Origin: Candidatus Moranbacteria bacterium GW2011_GWC2_40_12
GTDB taxonomy: Bacteria > Patescibacteriota > Minisyncoccia > Moranbacterales > UBA11712
Assembly (NCBI GenBank): GCA_000995965.1
Contig: LBYD01000001.1
Coordinates: 140,923-204,922 of the forward strand
DNA: 64,000 nt
Reading direction: 5' to 3'
The translations under genes were made by a program, and so were the position numbers. Below, one piece after another: positions 8,680 through 18,691 of this stretch; positions within the stretch are counted from its first letter, which is position 1, and each line of letters opens with the position of its first letter. The notes under the pieces were generated by a model. That model was not told where the DNA came from. It did no database searches and saw nothing but the letters and a program-made list of their open reading frames with translations.

Positions 8680-9330
8680 TCATATTTTCAAAACTTTCGC
8701 TTTCAACTTCAGGGCGCTGTCGGAGACAAACATCAATTTCATTTTGTCCTCCGTGCAAGTCGGGATCAATTCCGAAATTGATTTCTGGATGATGTCAAAA
8801 CATTCACTCAAAACATATTTCGTGTATTCATAATCGAAATCACCAAATTTGTCTCCTTTTTCAATTTGCCATTTGTTGCAAAATTGGCGGTAGGTTTTTG
8901 CGCAAATCGTATTGGAATACCAGAAAAGATCATCCGCGGCCTCCGTATATGCCCAAAGAGGCAATTCTTTGTTTTCAATAAGCGAATAAACGGAATCCCT
9001 CCATTTGACAACTTCATTGCACAAAGGATATTTTTCCGGCTCGGGCGGCGCTTGAATATCATCAATATTTGTAATATCAATTCCCATCTTTTCGGCGTCT
9101 TTTTTGACGAGATCCAGAGTCTCTTTGAAATGTTTTCCAAGATCATCTAGGGCAAATTTCATTTCGTCGGGATTTTCTCCCCGCTCGATATTCTTCTCAT
9201 GATCCTTTTCAATCCGTCCGCAAACGGGGCAGCCTTTTTTTCCGCAGGACTTTCTTTTCCAAAAGCATTCCATCCAGCCGGGCATTTCAAATTCTCCTTT
9301 CCTTTTTGTTTTTTGCTTCTTCATTATCAT
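8680..9330 (-). CDS. Hypothetical protein with an N-terminal basic zinc-ribbon-like segment (CGKKGCPVCG)
   Basis: 216-aa ORF. Lys/Arg-rich N-terminus with a CxxC...CxxC cluster, then an acidic, Trp/Tyr-rich body. Confidence 0.45.
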   Translation of the reverse strand: MIMKKQKTKRKGEFEMPGWMECFWKRKSCGKKGCPVCGRIEKDHEKNIERGENPDEMKFALDDLGKHFKETLDLVKKDAEKMGIDITNIDDIQAPPEPEKYPLCNEVVKWRDSVYSLIENKELPLWAYTEAADDLFWYSNTICAKTYRQFCNKWQIEKGDKFGDFDYEYTKYVLSECFDIIQKSISELIPTCTEDKMKLMFVSDSALKLKAKVLKI

Positions 9331-9357
9331 TTTACTAACATTGCATGTTGGGAAGGT

Positions 9358-9900
9358 CTAGAATATAAGTGGAATCAGTTTGTGCGGCGTTTTTTTGGTG
9401 TAATCTTTCCATTCATCCTTGAAAGATAAGGCTGTTGTTTTCTCTTCTTTTCCGATCTGCTTTACGATTATAACCAGAAGGATGAGCGAAATAAAAATCA
9501 GATAACTGCCGAGCGCCAACTCAAAGCCGATAAAAGCAAGGAGCGTTCCGAGATAGGCTGGGTGCCTGACAGTCCTGTATATTCCGCCGGTGACCAAATT
9601 TTCGGGCACGCCGGCAGCCGATGCGGGGACATAATTTTGCTTGAGCGTTAGTCTGGCGATACTGGCAAAAATTGCTCCGGCGAGCGCCACGGCCAGTCCG
9701 ATGTAGCTCAAAATCGGAGGTGCGTTGAGTTTCAAGGGGTCGAAACCGGCAAGCTGGGAAATGGCGATGGCAAGAATCAAGAGTTCTCCGACGGCCAGCG
9801 GACGGCTGATTTTGTTTTTCGAGGCGCGCTTGAGGACACTAAATCGCCATCGGATTGCGTAGAATATTATTATGGCCGCAATCAATACCAGTCTAATCAT
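9358..9900 (-). CDS. Isoprenylcysteine carboxyl methyltransferase (ICMT)/phospholipid methyltransferase family membrane protein
   Basis: Multi-TM protein with the RHPxY signature (GGIYRTVRHPAYLGTLLAF). Confidence 0.75.
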   Translation of the reverse strand: MIRLVLIAAIIIFYAIRWRFSVLKRASKNKISRPLAVGELLILAIAISQLAGFDPLKLNAPPILSYIGLAVALAGAIFASIARLTLKQNYVPASAAGVPENLVTGGIYRTVRHPAYLGTLLAFIGFELALGSYLIFISLILLVIIVKQIGKEEKTTALSFKDEWKDYTKKTPHKLIPLIF

Positions 9901-9904
9901 AAAC

Positions 9905-10303
9905 TTATTTCCAATTCAAATATGTAATCGTCAGCTGGAGAATTGCCGCAAAGATGACCCACAAAAGATACGGGATATTCGCCAGCGCGATCCAGCGTAC
10001 GTGGGGCCAGATGGCAACAAGCGCCCAGATGAGCGTCGCGAGAACAAAGATGATATCGAGAGCGGCTAAGAAATTATTTTTCAGTCCGAACTGTATAGGA
10101 GTGAAAGCGAAATTGAAAATCAGATTGAGAATGAACGGCAAAAGGACGAGAAAGGAAATGCGGCCTTTCCAGAACAAATAGCCGGCCGCCCCGAAAGTCA
10201 CGGCGATGATCGCGTATAAAACCGTCCACACCGGGCCGAAAAGCCAGCTCGGCGGCGCCCAAAAAGGTTTCAGAAGGCTTTGATACCAGTTTTGCGTGTC
10301 CAT
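9905..10303 (-). CDS. tspO: TspO/MBR tryptophan-rich sensory protein
   Basis: WYQSLLKPFWAPPSWLFGPVWTVLY N-terminal signature and five TM helices. Confidence 0.85.
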   Translation of the reverse strand: MDTQNWYQSLLKPFWAPPSWLFGPVWTVLYAIIAVTFGAAGYLFWKGRISFLVLLPFILNLIFNFAFTPIQFGLKNNFLAALDIIFVLATLIWALVAIWPHVRWIALANIPYLLWVIFAAILQLTITYLNWK

Positions 10304-10361
10304 GTTATTCTCATCCTACCGCAAAGCCGCCTTTTTTTCAAGAAAACCGCATTCAGGAGCG

Positions 10362-10393
10362 GAAATGAAAAACCCCGCTGGGAAAAGTCGGGG
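10362..10393 (-). terminator. Rho-independent terminator candidate after the HExxH protease gene
   Basis: On the minus strand, CCCCG-(11 nt)-CGGGG hairpin followed by UUUUUC. Confidence 0.5.
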
Positions 10394-10404
10394 CATGATA
10401 GACG

Positions 10405-11526
10405 CTATTTGAGAAGTCTTTTTCGGGAAAATGATTGCTTCTTTGCCGGAGACTGTTTTTTTGGTGCCGCCATCTTTATTTTTTTCGCCTCTCTTTGTTT
10501 TGTTCTCACGTTCTGATCAGCTACCATCCGCTCGGTTAGAAGGTGTCTTTTGTCTCGCGCCGCCACCGGATCGAAATCCTTGCCCTTGTCCCGAAGCAGC
10601 CATCTCTTGACGAGAGCCTGTTCCTCGGGAGAAGTGATGGAGAAAAATTTCTCAGGCTCGTTCAAATAGGTCTCGCAAAGGATCGCCCAATACTCACTGA
10701 TGACGTGGTAATATTCTTTTTTTTGATCTTTGTTCTTTATTTGGCCCACATAGTCTTCAAATCTTTCCCGCCCGACCAGTCCAGAATTGGGAAAAGCGCT
10801 TGTGACATCGCACAAGAAATCAATTCTTTCTTCCGGCGAAAGAAAATTGCTGAAAGTGCCCTGGCACATATGTCCCAACTCGTGTCCGAAAAAACGGACG
10901 ACCGACTGGGCGCGGAGCGCATTGGTGGGCTCTTTTCCTTTTGGAAAGGACCTGACCGGTATTTGAAAAAAAGTAATGTCATCTTTTGCGTAGCTGGCAA
11001 CGCCTGCTGCCAGAAATCTTCCGTCTGTCCCATACTGGGCCTGCATATATCGCACTTCATTGACATATGAAATATTGGCCACGTTTCCATTGATTGTGCC
11101 TTTTGGATAGCATCCTTCTTCTTCACTGAAGATCTTGAGAAGGTATTTCGGATCAATTCCCAGTTTTTCAAAACCGTTGACGCTTGGATGAAAATTGTGA
11201 TTTTTTCTGGCTTCCCGAGCCTGAAGATCAGCAGCAGCCATGAGATCCAGAGCATCTTTTGAAAAGGCCTCGACCAAAAAATCAATTTTCTTTTGGGTCT
11301 CCCTTCGGAGAAGCGGATTATTTTTCAAGGCATGCTCAATGTAAAATTCCGGGCCGTTTTCGATGCTGCTATTTTTTCCGAGGAAGCCCTGGTTCGGATT
11401 CAGAGTCATGATCCCGACGGCCGCCATGATGCCGGCGCTTTTTTTCAGAAATTTCAAAGCCGGATTGGGCTCATTTCGCTCGGTGCCCGTGATTTTTTTT
11501 CGAAACGATGGGTATTCGATTGACAT
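10405..11526 (-). CDS. Putative zinc metallopeptidase (HExxH) with a lysine-rich, histone-H1-like C-terminal tail
   Basis: FFGHELGHMCQG HExxH motif. N-terminal hydrophobic segment. C-terminal tail KQREAKKIKMAAPKKQSPAKKQSFSRKRLLK. Confidence 0.5.
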   Translation of the reverse strand: MSIEYPSFRKKITGTERNEPNPALKFLKKSAGIMAAVGIMTLNPNQGFLGKNSSIENGPEFYIEHALKNNPLLRRETQKKIDFLVEAFSKDALDLMAAADLQAREARKNHNFHPSVNGFEKLGIDPKYLLKIFSEEEGCYPKGTINGNVANISYVNEVRYMQAQYGTDGRFLAAGVASYAKDDITFFQIPVRSFPKGKEPTNALRAQSVVRFFGHELGHMCQGTFSNFLSPEERIDFLCDVTSAFPNSGLVGRERFEDYVGQIKNKDQKKEYYHVISEYWAILCETYLNEPEKFFSITSPEEQALVKRWLLRDKGKDFDPVAARDKRHLLTERMVADQNVRTKQREAKKIKMAAPKKQSPAKKQSFSRKRLLK

Positions 11527-11571
11527 TCGCGATTTTTTGAATAGAGTTTAGAAGAAATATCTCTAACCTGA

Positions 11572-13206
11572 TTACATCCCGCTGGCTTGGGTCGGGTCAT
11601 CCGGTATGGACTGGCGCATTCCAAAAAATTTCCCTGAGAGAAGCTTTTTAACAGCCTCGAATTCTTCAAGCCGGAAAATAAAAGCCAGGGAGAAAAATAT
11701 CGTTATACCCACCGCGCCGCTGGCCGAAAGCTGCGAAAAGACGCCCAAAAAGGTGTCAAGATCGATATAAGGGCCGACTATGTATTTTGTCAGCTGGGCC
11801 GCTCCGCCGGCGACAAGGGAAAACAGGGCGATTTTAGCTATAACGGAAACAATCTTTTTGTCGTCAAGATCGCCCGTTTTTGATCGGAGGATGAAAAAGA
11901 GCAAAAACATATTCACCATGCTTGAAATAGAGAATGCCCAGACCAATCCCAGGATGCCGTACATCCGAGAGAGAAGGAGCGCCAATGCCAGATTGACAAG
12001 CTCGCTAAATATGCCGATCAGAAAAGGTATCTTTGTATTGTGAAGGGCGTAAAACGATCTTGCCAGAAGCGGCACAAGGCATTGGGCGAAAAGACTCACG
12101 GCAAAAATTCCCAGTGCCTGGAACGTAAGCGTTGTGTCCTCCCAGTCAAATTTCCCGCTTCCAAGAACTACCCTCACGATTTGGGCCCGAAAGACAAGCA
12201 TGAAGATGCTTGCCGGAATCACGAAAAAAAGAATTTGTCGGAAAGTTTGAGAAAAGGAAACGATAAAATTCTCTATTTCTTCCTTGGCTGAAAAATAAGA
12301 AAGGGTTGGAAAAACAGCCAAGGCAAAAGGAATAGCGAAAACACCTAGCGGAAAACTTTGAAGATTGTTGGCCAGATTGAATATTGTCAGGCTTCCGGCG
12401 GATAAGGTTGATGCGATAATCGTCACGACGAGAAGATTGACTTGCGTGACGGCCAGACCCATAGTCCGGGGAATCATCAGCGTCAAAACTTTTCGCAAGT
12501 GTCCGTCGCTGAAGCTCAGCGCGGGAGAAAACTGAAAGCCGCTGAATTTGACAGCCGGATATTGGATAAGCATATGGAAAAAAGCTCCTCCGGCTACCCC
12601 CCAGGCGAGACCGGATATCCCGAAAGAAGGGACAAGAAAGACCGCTCCCAGGATTATTCCCAGATTATAAACGAGCGGAGCAAGAGAATAAACGAGAAAT
12701 CTCTTGAAAGAATTGAGGATTCCCCCGAAAATACCGCTTATGCCGAGAAATATCGGGCTCAAAAACATTATTCTTGTCAAGGTTATTACTTCGCCCAGCT
12801 TTTCCCCTGAAAATCCGGGTGTAATAAATTTCATGAAAAATGGCGTGAAAATTGCAAAGGCGCCGCAGATCACAAGCAGAACCAGAACCGCCATTGCGAG
12901 AAGGCTGTTGGCGAGCCTCCAGGCTTCTTCTTTCTTTTCGTGGGCCAGGAGGCTTGTGAATACGGGAATAAAAGCGGCGCTCAAAGCTCCGAGGATGAGC
13001 AGGTTATAGATAAGGTCAGGGACGCGAAAAGCGGAATAATAGACGTCGAGCGTGTCCCCGGCTCCGAATTTTGCCGCCAAAATCCTGTCTCGGACAAGCC
13101 CCAAGGCCCGACTCAAGATTCCGGCTGTGGCAATGATCAAAGCCGCTGAATTGATTGAATCCGACGGGCGTGAGTTTTTCAATTTGTCAGCAATTTTTCG
13201 TATCAT
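11572..13206 (-). CDS. murJ: Lipid II flippase MurJ (MviN)
   Basis: N-terminal ALIIATAGILSRALGLVRDRILAAKFGAGDTLDVYYSAFRVPDL signature and about 14 TM helices. 544 aa. Confidence 0.9.
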   Translation of the reverse strand: MIRKIADKLKNSRPSDSINSAALIIATAGILSRALGLVRDRILAAKFGAGDTLDVYYSAFRVPDLIYNLLILGALSAAFIPVFTSLLAHEKKEEAWRLANSLLAMAVLVLLVICGAFAIFTPFFMKFITPGFSGEKLGEVITLTRIMFLSPIFLGISGIFGGILNSFKRFLVYSLAPLVYNLGIILGAVFLVPSFGISGLAWGVAGGAFFHMLIQYPAVKFSGFQFSPALSFSDGHLRKVLTLMIPRTMGLAVTQVNLLVVTIIASTLSAGSLTIFNLANNLQSFPLGVFAIPFALAVFPTLSYFSAKEEIENFIVSFSQTFRQILFFVIPASIFMLVFRAQIVRVVLGSGKFDWEDTTLTFQALGIFAVSLFAQCLVPLLARSFYALHNTKIPFLIGIFSELVNLALALLLSRMYGILGLVWAFSISSMVNMFLLFFILRSKTGDLDDKKIVSVIAKIALFSLVAGGAAQLTKYIVGPYIDLDTFLGVFSQLSASGAVGITIFFSLAFIFRLEEFEAVKKLLSGKFFGMRQSIPDDPTQASGM

Positions 13207-15773
13207 TGTCCTTTTTCAGCGGCAAAGCCAATAAATTTATCCGTTTCCAGTTTTGTTTTCAGGGTCACCTCATTGCCGCCAACTTCCGAAAGATCCGGAT
13301 ATTTCCAAATCACCTTATAGCTGCTTGGAAATCGGACGCTGGAAAATAAACTGCTTCCGACACTGCCGGATTGCTTTTGATAGAGGATTGAGAACGATTC
13401 AGCGGGATGATGAAGGTCGTCAAAAAAAAGTTTGAATGGCAACTGGTATTTATATTTGAGCGTCACTGTTTCTCCCGGGCTCACATAGACCCAATTGGCA
13501 AAAACTGTTTTTCCGTCTTCCGTATAGATTCTCGTCCCGGAGGCCTCGTCTATTGTTGTTGCTTCTTCGATTTGACTGACTTGGGGGTCTTTTTTGAACT
13601 GAAGGGATTGGTAGTCAAGCGGAGGGCTGACAAATTCCCTGGTTTGTCCGCTGGCTTCAAGGAGTTTCGATCCTTTTGGGACATAAACGCGCACATAGTT
13701 TCCGTTTACCCTATTCCACCAGTCATACTTTTCGTTTCCTCCGTTGTGTTTTCGGGTGACCGTCACTTCATCGACAATGTTGCCGTCCGCCCCAATTTGG
13801 GCGTTGTGTTCAATGGTTTCATCAATCACACCGTCGGTTTTGTAGCCGTTTATATTGGAATTGATGACGCTTAAATAATCTTTGCTTGCGCTCAGCATTT
13901 CTCCGGACCATCCCTGTCCGGAAATCATTTTTTGGATATTATAATTTTTTGAATAAACCAGAATGTGTTTTTCCTTGAGAGCGGAACCAACAATATCGAG
14001 AGCCATTAACATCATTTTCGGATTTTTTGTGCTCAGCAATTCATTCAGAATTTTTGGGGTGAGGTCGGCGATAAATTTCTTTGGCTGGTTTTGCTCTTTG
14101 TCATAGTCGACCTCCACCTCATATTGAGCAATCTCTCTGAAATTATCTTTGTCTACGGTAGCGCCGTATTCAGGCATGTCGATTGGTCCGGTGATGGATA
14201 GCATTTTTTCGATCACGTTGGGGGACATGGCAATCACTCCGTCCACTGTCGGCCCGCCCGTTTTTTCATAAAACCAGGCGACTTTTTCAGCCGAGGTCGG
14301 AAAATTCGGAAACCAATTTGCATCGTGCATTGTCCAGACGGCACTCATTTTTTGGATGGGTTCAGGCGGAATAATCTTGGCCGTCAGCTGCCCGTCCGGG
14401 TTATAAATATCATCAACAAATAGTTTTTTGATTCTTCCGTCGGACATGTCAAGAATGCCGTAGCTTCCGATGAATCCGCCGGTAGCCCTCATTTCCTGGT
14501 TATTTTGAAACAAAAAGAGAAATTTTCGGGGGCCGTTGTATCCAAGGACGTCCAGGATAATATTTGAATTGTCAGAAAAAGAATCAAGACTGGAAACGAC
14601 AAGGGGCAATTTCTTCTTCAGGCTGGAAAATTGCGGCTGAATTTCCGGAGGAAGATCCTCAAAATTGGTTTTTTGTATGTCTTCGTTGGCCGCTTTGAGC
14701 TTTTCGGCGGTGTCCCGAACTCCCTCGCGCAGGTTTAAAAATAATTCCGCCAGCGAAAAATTCATTTCCGCTTCCAGGGGATTTTCAATTTTTGCAAGAG
14801 GTTTCATGGAATTGACCATAATTTTCCCGGCAAGCGAAATATTTTCTCCGGCACTCAAGAGGTAGTTGGCGGTCGCAATTTTTGAAACTCCCGGGATGAA
14901 TCTCAATATTTCGCTGAAATCGCCCCCAATTTTCGAAACTTCATCGTTGGCACTTTTCAAAATTTCATATGACTGTTCGAAATTTGATGAAGCTTTTTCA
15001 AATTGGCCGGACGATAGATTGCTTTGAGCTTCAGCAATCACCCCCATGACATTATCGCCCGAACCGGATAAGAGTTTTTTCACCTCAATTCCCCTCTGGA
15101 TAAAAGCGAAGGCGGGAAGGATCAGTGAAAACAAAAAAATTGCGGCGATAAAAGAAAACGAGGATGAAAAACGGATTTGCAGAGAATCATATTTTGGAAA
15201 AAAATCCGCCAGCCTGGATTTTGAATTCCTGTTCCGGCGCTTTTTCTTCTTTTTGTTTTGTCCGCTTTCAAGAGATACAAGTATTTTTTCAGTGGATTTC
15301 GAAATATCAGAATCGGAAAATATGACGCACTTTTCAAATTCAGCCTTTTTCTCCTGGATTTCATTTTCAAAAAATCCGCCGGGATCACGCTCGACGCATT
15401 CATCTGAAATTTCCCTTCGTTCCGCTTTTTTATCAAATAAAACCGTCGCGGTATAGATTTTGGAGACGGACAGAATTTCATTCGGAACTCTTTTTCCCAG
15501 ATGGATGATATTAGCCCGGCGCGTTTCCGGTTTTTCAAGAGGACGCTTTTTATCCGGCCCTATTTTTGAGGAAGGACGAACAGCGTGCCATGGACTGGCG
15601 GGTTTTCTGATATCGCCCATTTTTTGAAACGAAACATTCTTTTTCGGCAAATATTTTTTTTCCACCCTCACAATCCTGTCAAATCCTCCAATTTTTTCCA
15701 TATCCAAAGAACCGTCCGTTTTTACGGGCTTTACGTCATAAAGCTTCTTTAATATCCGTTTCTGTTTTTGCAT
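13203..15773 (-). CDS. DUF4012 domain-containing membrane protein (856 aa)
   Basis: EMRATGGFIGSYG motif typical of DUF4012. Lys-rich cytoplasmic N-terminus, one TM, then a large extracytoplasmic domain. 4-nt overlap with murJ. Confidence 0.7.
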   Translation of the reverse strand: MQKQKRILKKLYDVKPVKTDGSLDMEKIGGFDRIVRVEKKYLPKKNVSFQKMGDIRKPASPWHAVRPSSKIGPDKKRPLEKPETRRANIIHLGKRVPNEILSVSKIYTATVLFDKKAERREISDECVERDPGGFFENEIQEKKAEFEKCVIFSDSDISKSTEKILVSLESGQNKKKKKRRNRNSKSRLADFFPKYDSLQIRFSSSFSFIAAIFLFSLILPAFAFIQRGIEVKKLLSGSGDNVMGVIAEAQSNLSSGQFEKASSNFEQSYEILKSANDEVSKIGGDFSEILRFIPGVSKIATANYLLSAGENISLAGKIMVNSMKPLAKIENPLEAEMNFSLAELFLNLREGVRDTAEKLKAANEDIQKTNFEDLPPEIQPQFSSLKKKLPLVVSSLDSFSDNSNIILDVLGYNGPRKFLFLFQNNQEMRATGGFIGSYGILDMSDGRIKKLFVDDIYNPDGQLTAKIIPPEPIQKMSAVWTMHDANWFPNFPTSAEKVAWFYEKTGGPTVDGVIAMSPNVIEKMLSITGPIDMPEYGATVDKDNFREIAQYEVEVDYDKEQNQPKKFIADLTPKILNELLSTKNPKMMLMALDIVGSALKEKHILVYSKNYNIQKMISGQGWSGEMLSASKDYLSVINSNINGYKTDGVIDETIEHNAQIGADGNIVDEVTVTRKHNGGNEKYDWWNRVNGNYVRVYVPKGSKLLEASGQTREFVSPPLDYQSLQFKKDPQVSQIEEATTIDEASGTRIYTEDGKTVFANWVYVSPGETVTLKYKYQLPFKLFFDDLHHPAESFSILYQKQSGSVGSSLFSSVRFPSSYKVIWKYPDLSEVGGNEVTLKTKLETDKFIGFAAEKGQ

Positions 15774-16907
15774 TTATTTTTGGTGAAGCCCGCTTTTTGA
15801 ATAAATTTCCAAAGTTTCGGCTGCCATTTTTTCCCAGCTGAATTTTTTTATCTGCTCCTGACCTTTTTGAATAAGTTTTTGCCGGAGTTCTCCGTCGGAT
15901 ATGGCCTTTTCGATAGTTTCGGCCATCTCAGACATCGCGCTAGGATCAAAATATACGGCTGCATTGCCCAGAATTTCCGGAAGGCAGGCGGCATTGGAAC
16001 TGGCGACAGGAATATTTTCTGCCATGGCTTCAAGGGGCGGGAGGCCGAATCCTTCATAGAGTGAGGGGAAAACATAAAGCAGGGCTTCGCGATAGACGAC
16101 GGGCAAATGTTCATCAAGAACATAATCGGCAAATCTAACATTTTTCACAAAATTTTGAGAGACGTATTTCCTTATCTTTTTATAGAAATAGTCCTCTTTC
16201 CCGACAAAAACCATCTGGAGATGGGGATGTTTTTTTGCCATCTCACGAAAAACCAAAACAAGCCTCTCAAGATTTTTATGGGGATAGGCGTTCCCCACAT
16301 ATAAGAGGTATGGTTTGATTATACCATATTTTTCAATAATTTTCCCGTTTGACTCAGTGGTTGTTTTTCGGGTTCGGTCAATGGCTTCATAAGTAACCAC
16401 GATTTTTTCAGCGGGAATATCAAAATATTTGCATATGTCGGTCTTTGTATATCGCGAAACAGCAATAATAATTTCTGATTTAACAATAGCATTTCTGATT
16501 ACCAGCCGATGGGCGATTTTTTTGAAGAAATAAAAAAAAGGAGACAAAGAAGACGCTCTCTTGGTTGGATAGTGGAAAAGAATGAGATCATGGATTGTTA
16601 CTACGAATTTACCCCGGAAAAAATAAGGAACATTGAAATGGGGAAAATGAACAAGGTCAAGCTCAAATTTTTTCAGCAATTTTGGAAACTGGAGCTGTTC
16701 CCGGAAACCGTACCAAGGAATATCCGCCATGACCTTGATGAAATTCGCGCTTCGAGGCCGGTATTCATGCCAATTTTCCTTGCGCAAAAAAATATAGTAT
16801 TGATTGTCCCTGTCAATCCGCTCGAGATTTTCGATGAGTTTTTGGGTATATCGCCCAAGGCCTTTCCCGATTGATCCGAAAAAGCGGGCATCTATGCCAA
16901 TCTTCAT
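15774..16907 (-). CDS. Glycosyltransferase family 4 (GT-B fold)
   Basis: MKIGIDARF start; EGFGLPPLEAM motif. The ORF track extends to 16979 but the internal ATG avoids overlap with the upstream GT. Confidence 0.85.
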   Translation of the reverse strand: MKIGIDARFFGSIGKGLGRYTQKLIENLERIDRDNQYYIFLRKENWHEYRPRSANFIKVMADIPWYGFREQLQFPKLLKKFELDLVHFPHFNVPYFFRGKFVVTIHDLILFHYPTKRASSLSPFFYFFKKIAHRLVIRNAIVKSEIIIAVSRYTKTDICKYFDIPAEKIVVTYEAIDRTRKTTTESNGKIIEKYGIIKPYLLYVGNAYPHKNLERLVLVFREMAKKHPHLQMVFVGKEDYFYKKIRKYVSQNFVKNVRFADYVLDEHLPVVYREALLYVFPSLYEGFGLPPLEAMAENIPVASSNAACLPEILGNAAVYFDPSAMSEMAETIEKAISDGELRQKLIQKGQEQIKKFSWEKMAAETLEIYSKSGLHQK

Positions 16908-16930
16908 AAAAATGATTTTGAAATGTGGGG

Positions 16931-18076
16931 TTATGATCTGATAATTTTTCTGAAAATGCCTGAAGTTTCCTCGGCGCATTTTGGCCAGCTGAATTTTTTG
17001 GCTTGCCTGATTCCTCTTTTGCGCATCTCATTATACAATTTATCGCCGCTCAAGACGCTATATATCGCCTCGGAAATTTCCTGCGGACGGCTTGGATCAA
17101 CAAGAATTGCTGCGTTTCCGGCCACTTCCGGAATCGAAGAATTATTTGAAGTGATTGCCGGAGTGCCGCATGCCATCGCCTCCAAAACCGGCAGACCAAA
17201 ACCTTCAAACAAGGAAAGATAAACAAATAGCGAGGCGAGATTATAGATAAAAGGCTTATCTTCTTGGTCAACATACCCGGCAGCAATAATATTTTCTTTT
17301 TCCTTTTCCACGATATTGTAACAAAGCGGACTGATGTTTCCAGCCAGAACCAATTTGTGTTTTTCAAGATCAGGATGCTCTCTTCTAACTTTTTTATATG
17401 CTTCAATAATTGATTGGATATTCTTCCTCGGTTCAATGTTGCCGAGATATAAGATGAATTTGTACGGGAGACTGTATTTTTTTTGGACATCCAGAAGTTT
17501 TGGATTATTCCGGCTGATAACTGTATAATTTTCGCTTATTCCATGATGAATTATACTTATTGCCTCTGATTTTGTTTTGTATAATTCTTTCAAGTCATTT
17601 CGGGTCGAGCGGGAAACGGCAATAATCCGGTTCGCTTTTTTTGCAATTCGGCGAGGATTTACAAAAAAGTAGTGCCAGAGGCGGGTTTTCAATGAGAAGA
17701 ATTCCGGAAATCGCTCAAAGGAAAGATCGTGAAAAGTTGTAACAAGTTTGCAGATTCGGCCGACCGAAAGAAAGTTGATGTTTGGCGCAAAAAAAATATC
17801 CGCACCTCCAACAAGCCTGTCCAGCTTCGGCCATCCGAAATACCAGAGCAATAAATTCAAAACCTTGTTGGGGTATCGGAATCTTTTTAGCTGGGCGCGG
17901 GGATATCTTTTGAGAAAATTGAAATTTTGGCTTTTTTGCTTGTATGAATTTGAAAAAATGATGTATTGATTTTCCGTGTCAGCTTCCAGGATATTGCGAA
18001 CAATTTCCAGCGCGTATTCTCCAACTCCAGATATTTTTTCCTCCTCAAGACATCTCAAATCGATTCCGATCTTCAT
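16931..18076 (-). CDS. Glycosyltransferase family 4
   Basis: MKIGIDLR start; FEGFGLPVLEAMACGTP motif. Confidence 0.85.
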   Translation of the reverse strand: MKIGIDLRCLEEEKISGVGEYALEIVRNILEADTENQYIIFSNSYKQKSQNFNFLKRYPRAQLKRFRYPNKVLNLLLWYFGWPKLDRLVGGADIFFAPNINFLSVGRICKLVTTFHDLSFERFPEFFSLKTRLWHYFFVNPRRIAKKANRIIAVSRSTRNDLKELYKTKSEAISIIHHGISENYTVISRNNPKLLDVQKKYSLPYKFILYLGNIEPRKNIQSIIEAYKKVRREHPDLEKHKLVLAGNISPLCYNIVEKEKENIIAAGYVDQEDKPFIYNLASLFVYLSLFEGFGLPVLEAMACGTPAITSNNSSIPEVAGNAAILVDPSRPQEISEAIYSVLSGDKLYNEMRKRGIRQAKKFSWPKCAEETSGIFRKIIRS

Positions 18077-18687
18077 TATTCTTCAGAAAAATAATGTTTT
18101 CCAAAAGCTATTAGCGTTCCCGCAAAAAATCCAAAAAGGGCCGCAATTCCCAGGTTTATTCTCAAGTCCTGGATGTTTCTGGCAACAACCAAATTTGTCA
18201 TATCAACCAAGAACCAATTTGGATCCTTTGCCTCCGAATTCATTTTTTTTGTTTTGTCCGACACGAAAGAAGACGCGGCGGCGGCCAGTTTTTCCCCCTC
18301 TTCTTTTGACCGGGCCGAATAGCGGACTTCAACCAAACTGCTCGAAAGTTTTTCCGCCTGAAAACTCTTCCCAAGCTGGCGGATTGTCTTTTTTTCTGAT
18401 TCTACTCCGGCGTTTGCCAGTATATCTTTCGCAACGCCGGGTGCAGAAAGCCATTCCACCGCTGTTTCCGCAAATTTTTCGTCAGCTTGAAAACGATAGA
18501 ACTGGTCATAGCGGTAATCGCCTGTATTCTGACTGGCCAGCCGGCTAATATTCAGGATAAATGAAGCCGAATAAGTCTCTGATTGCCGGACTGACCAGAT
18601 ATAGGCGGCCACGACAGCAATGAGCGCCGCATAAATAACAACTGATATATTTTCCCTCCAGATCTTATAGTATTCTTTCAGTTCCAT
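18076..18687 (-). CDS. Wzz/chain-length-determinant-like polysaccharide co-polymerase (two terminal TM helices)
   Basis: TM helix near each end around a periplasmic coiled segment. Position inside the GT cluster. Confidence 0.55.
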   Translation of the reverse strand: MELKEYYKIWRENISVVIYAALIAVVAAYIWSVRQSETYSASFILNISRLASQNTGDYRYDQFYRFQADEKFAETAVEWLSAPGVAKDILANAGVESEKKTIRQLGKSFQAEKLSSSLVEVRYSARSKEEGEKLAAAASSFVSDKTKKMNSEAKDPNWFLVDMTNLVVARNIQDLRINLGIAALFGFFAGTLIAFGKHYFSEE

Positions 18688-18691
18688 AAAT

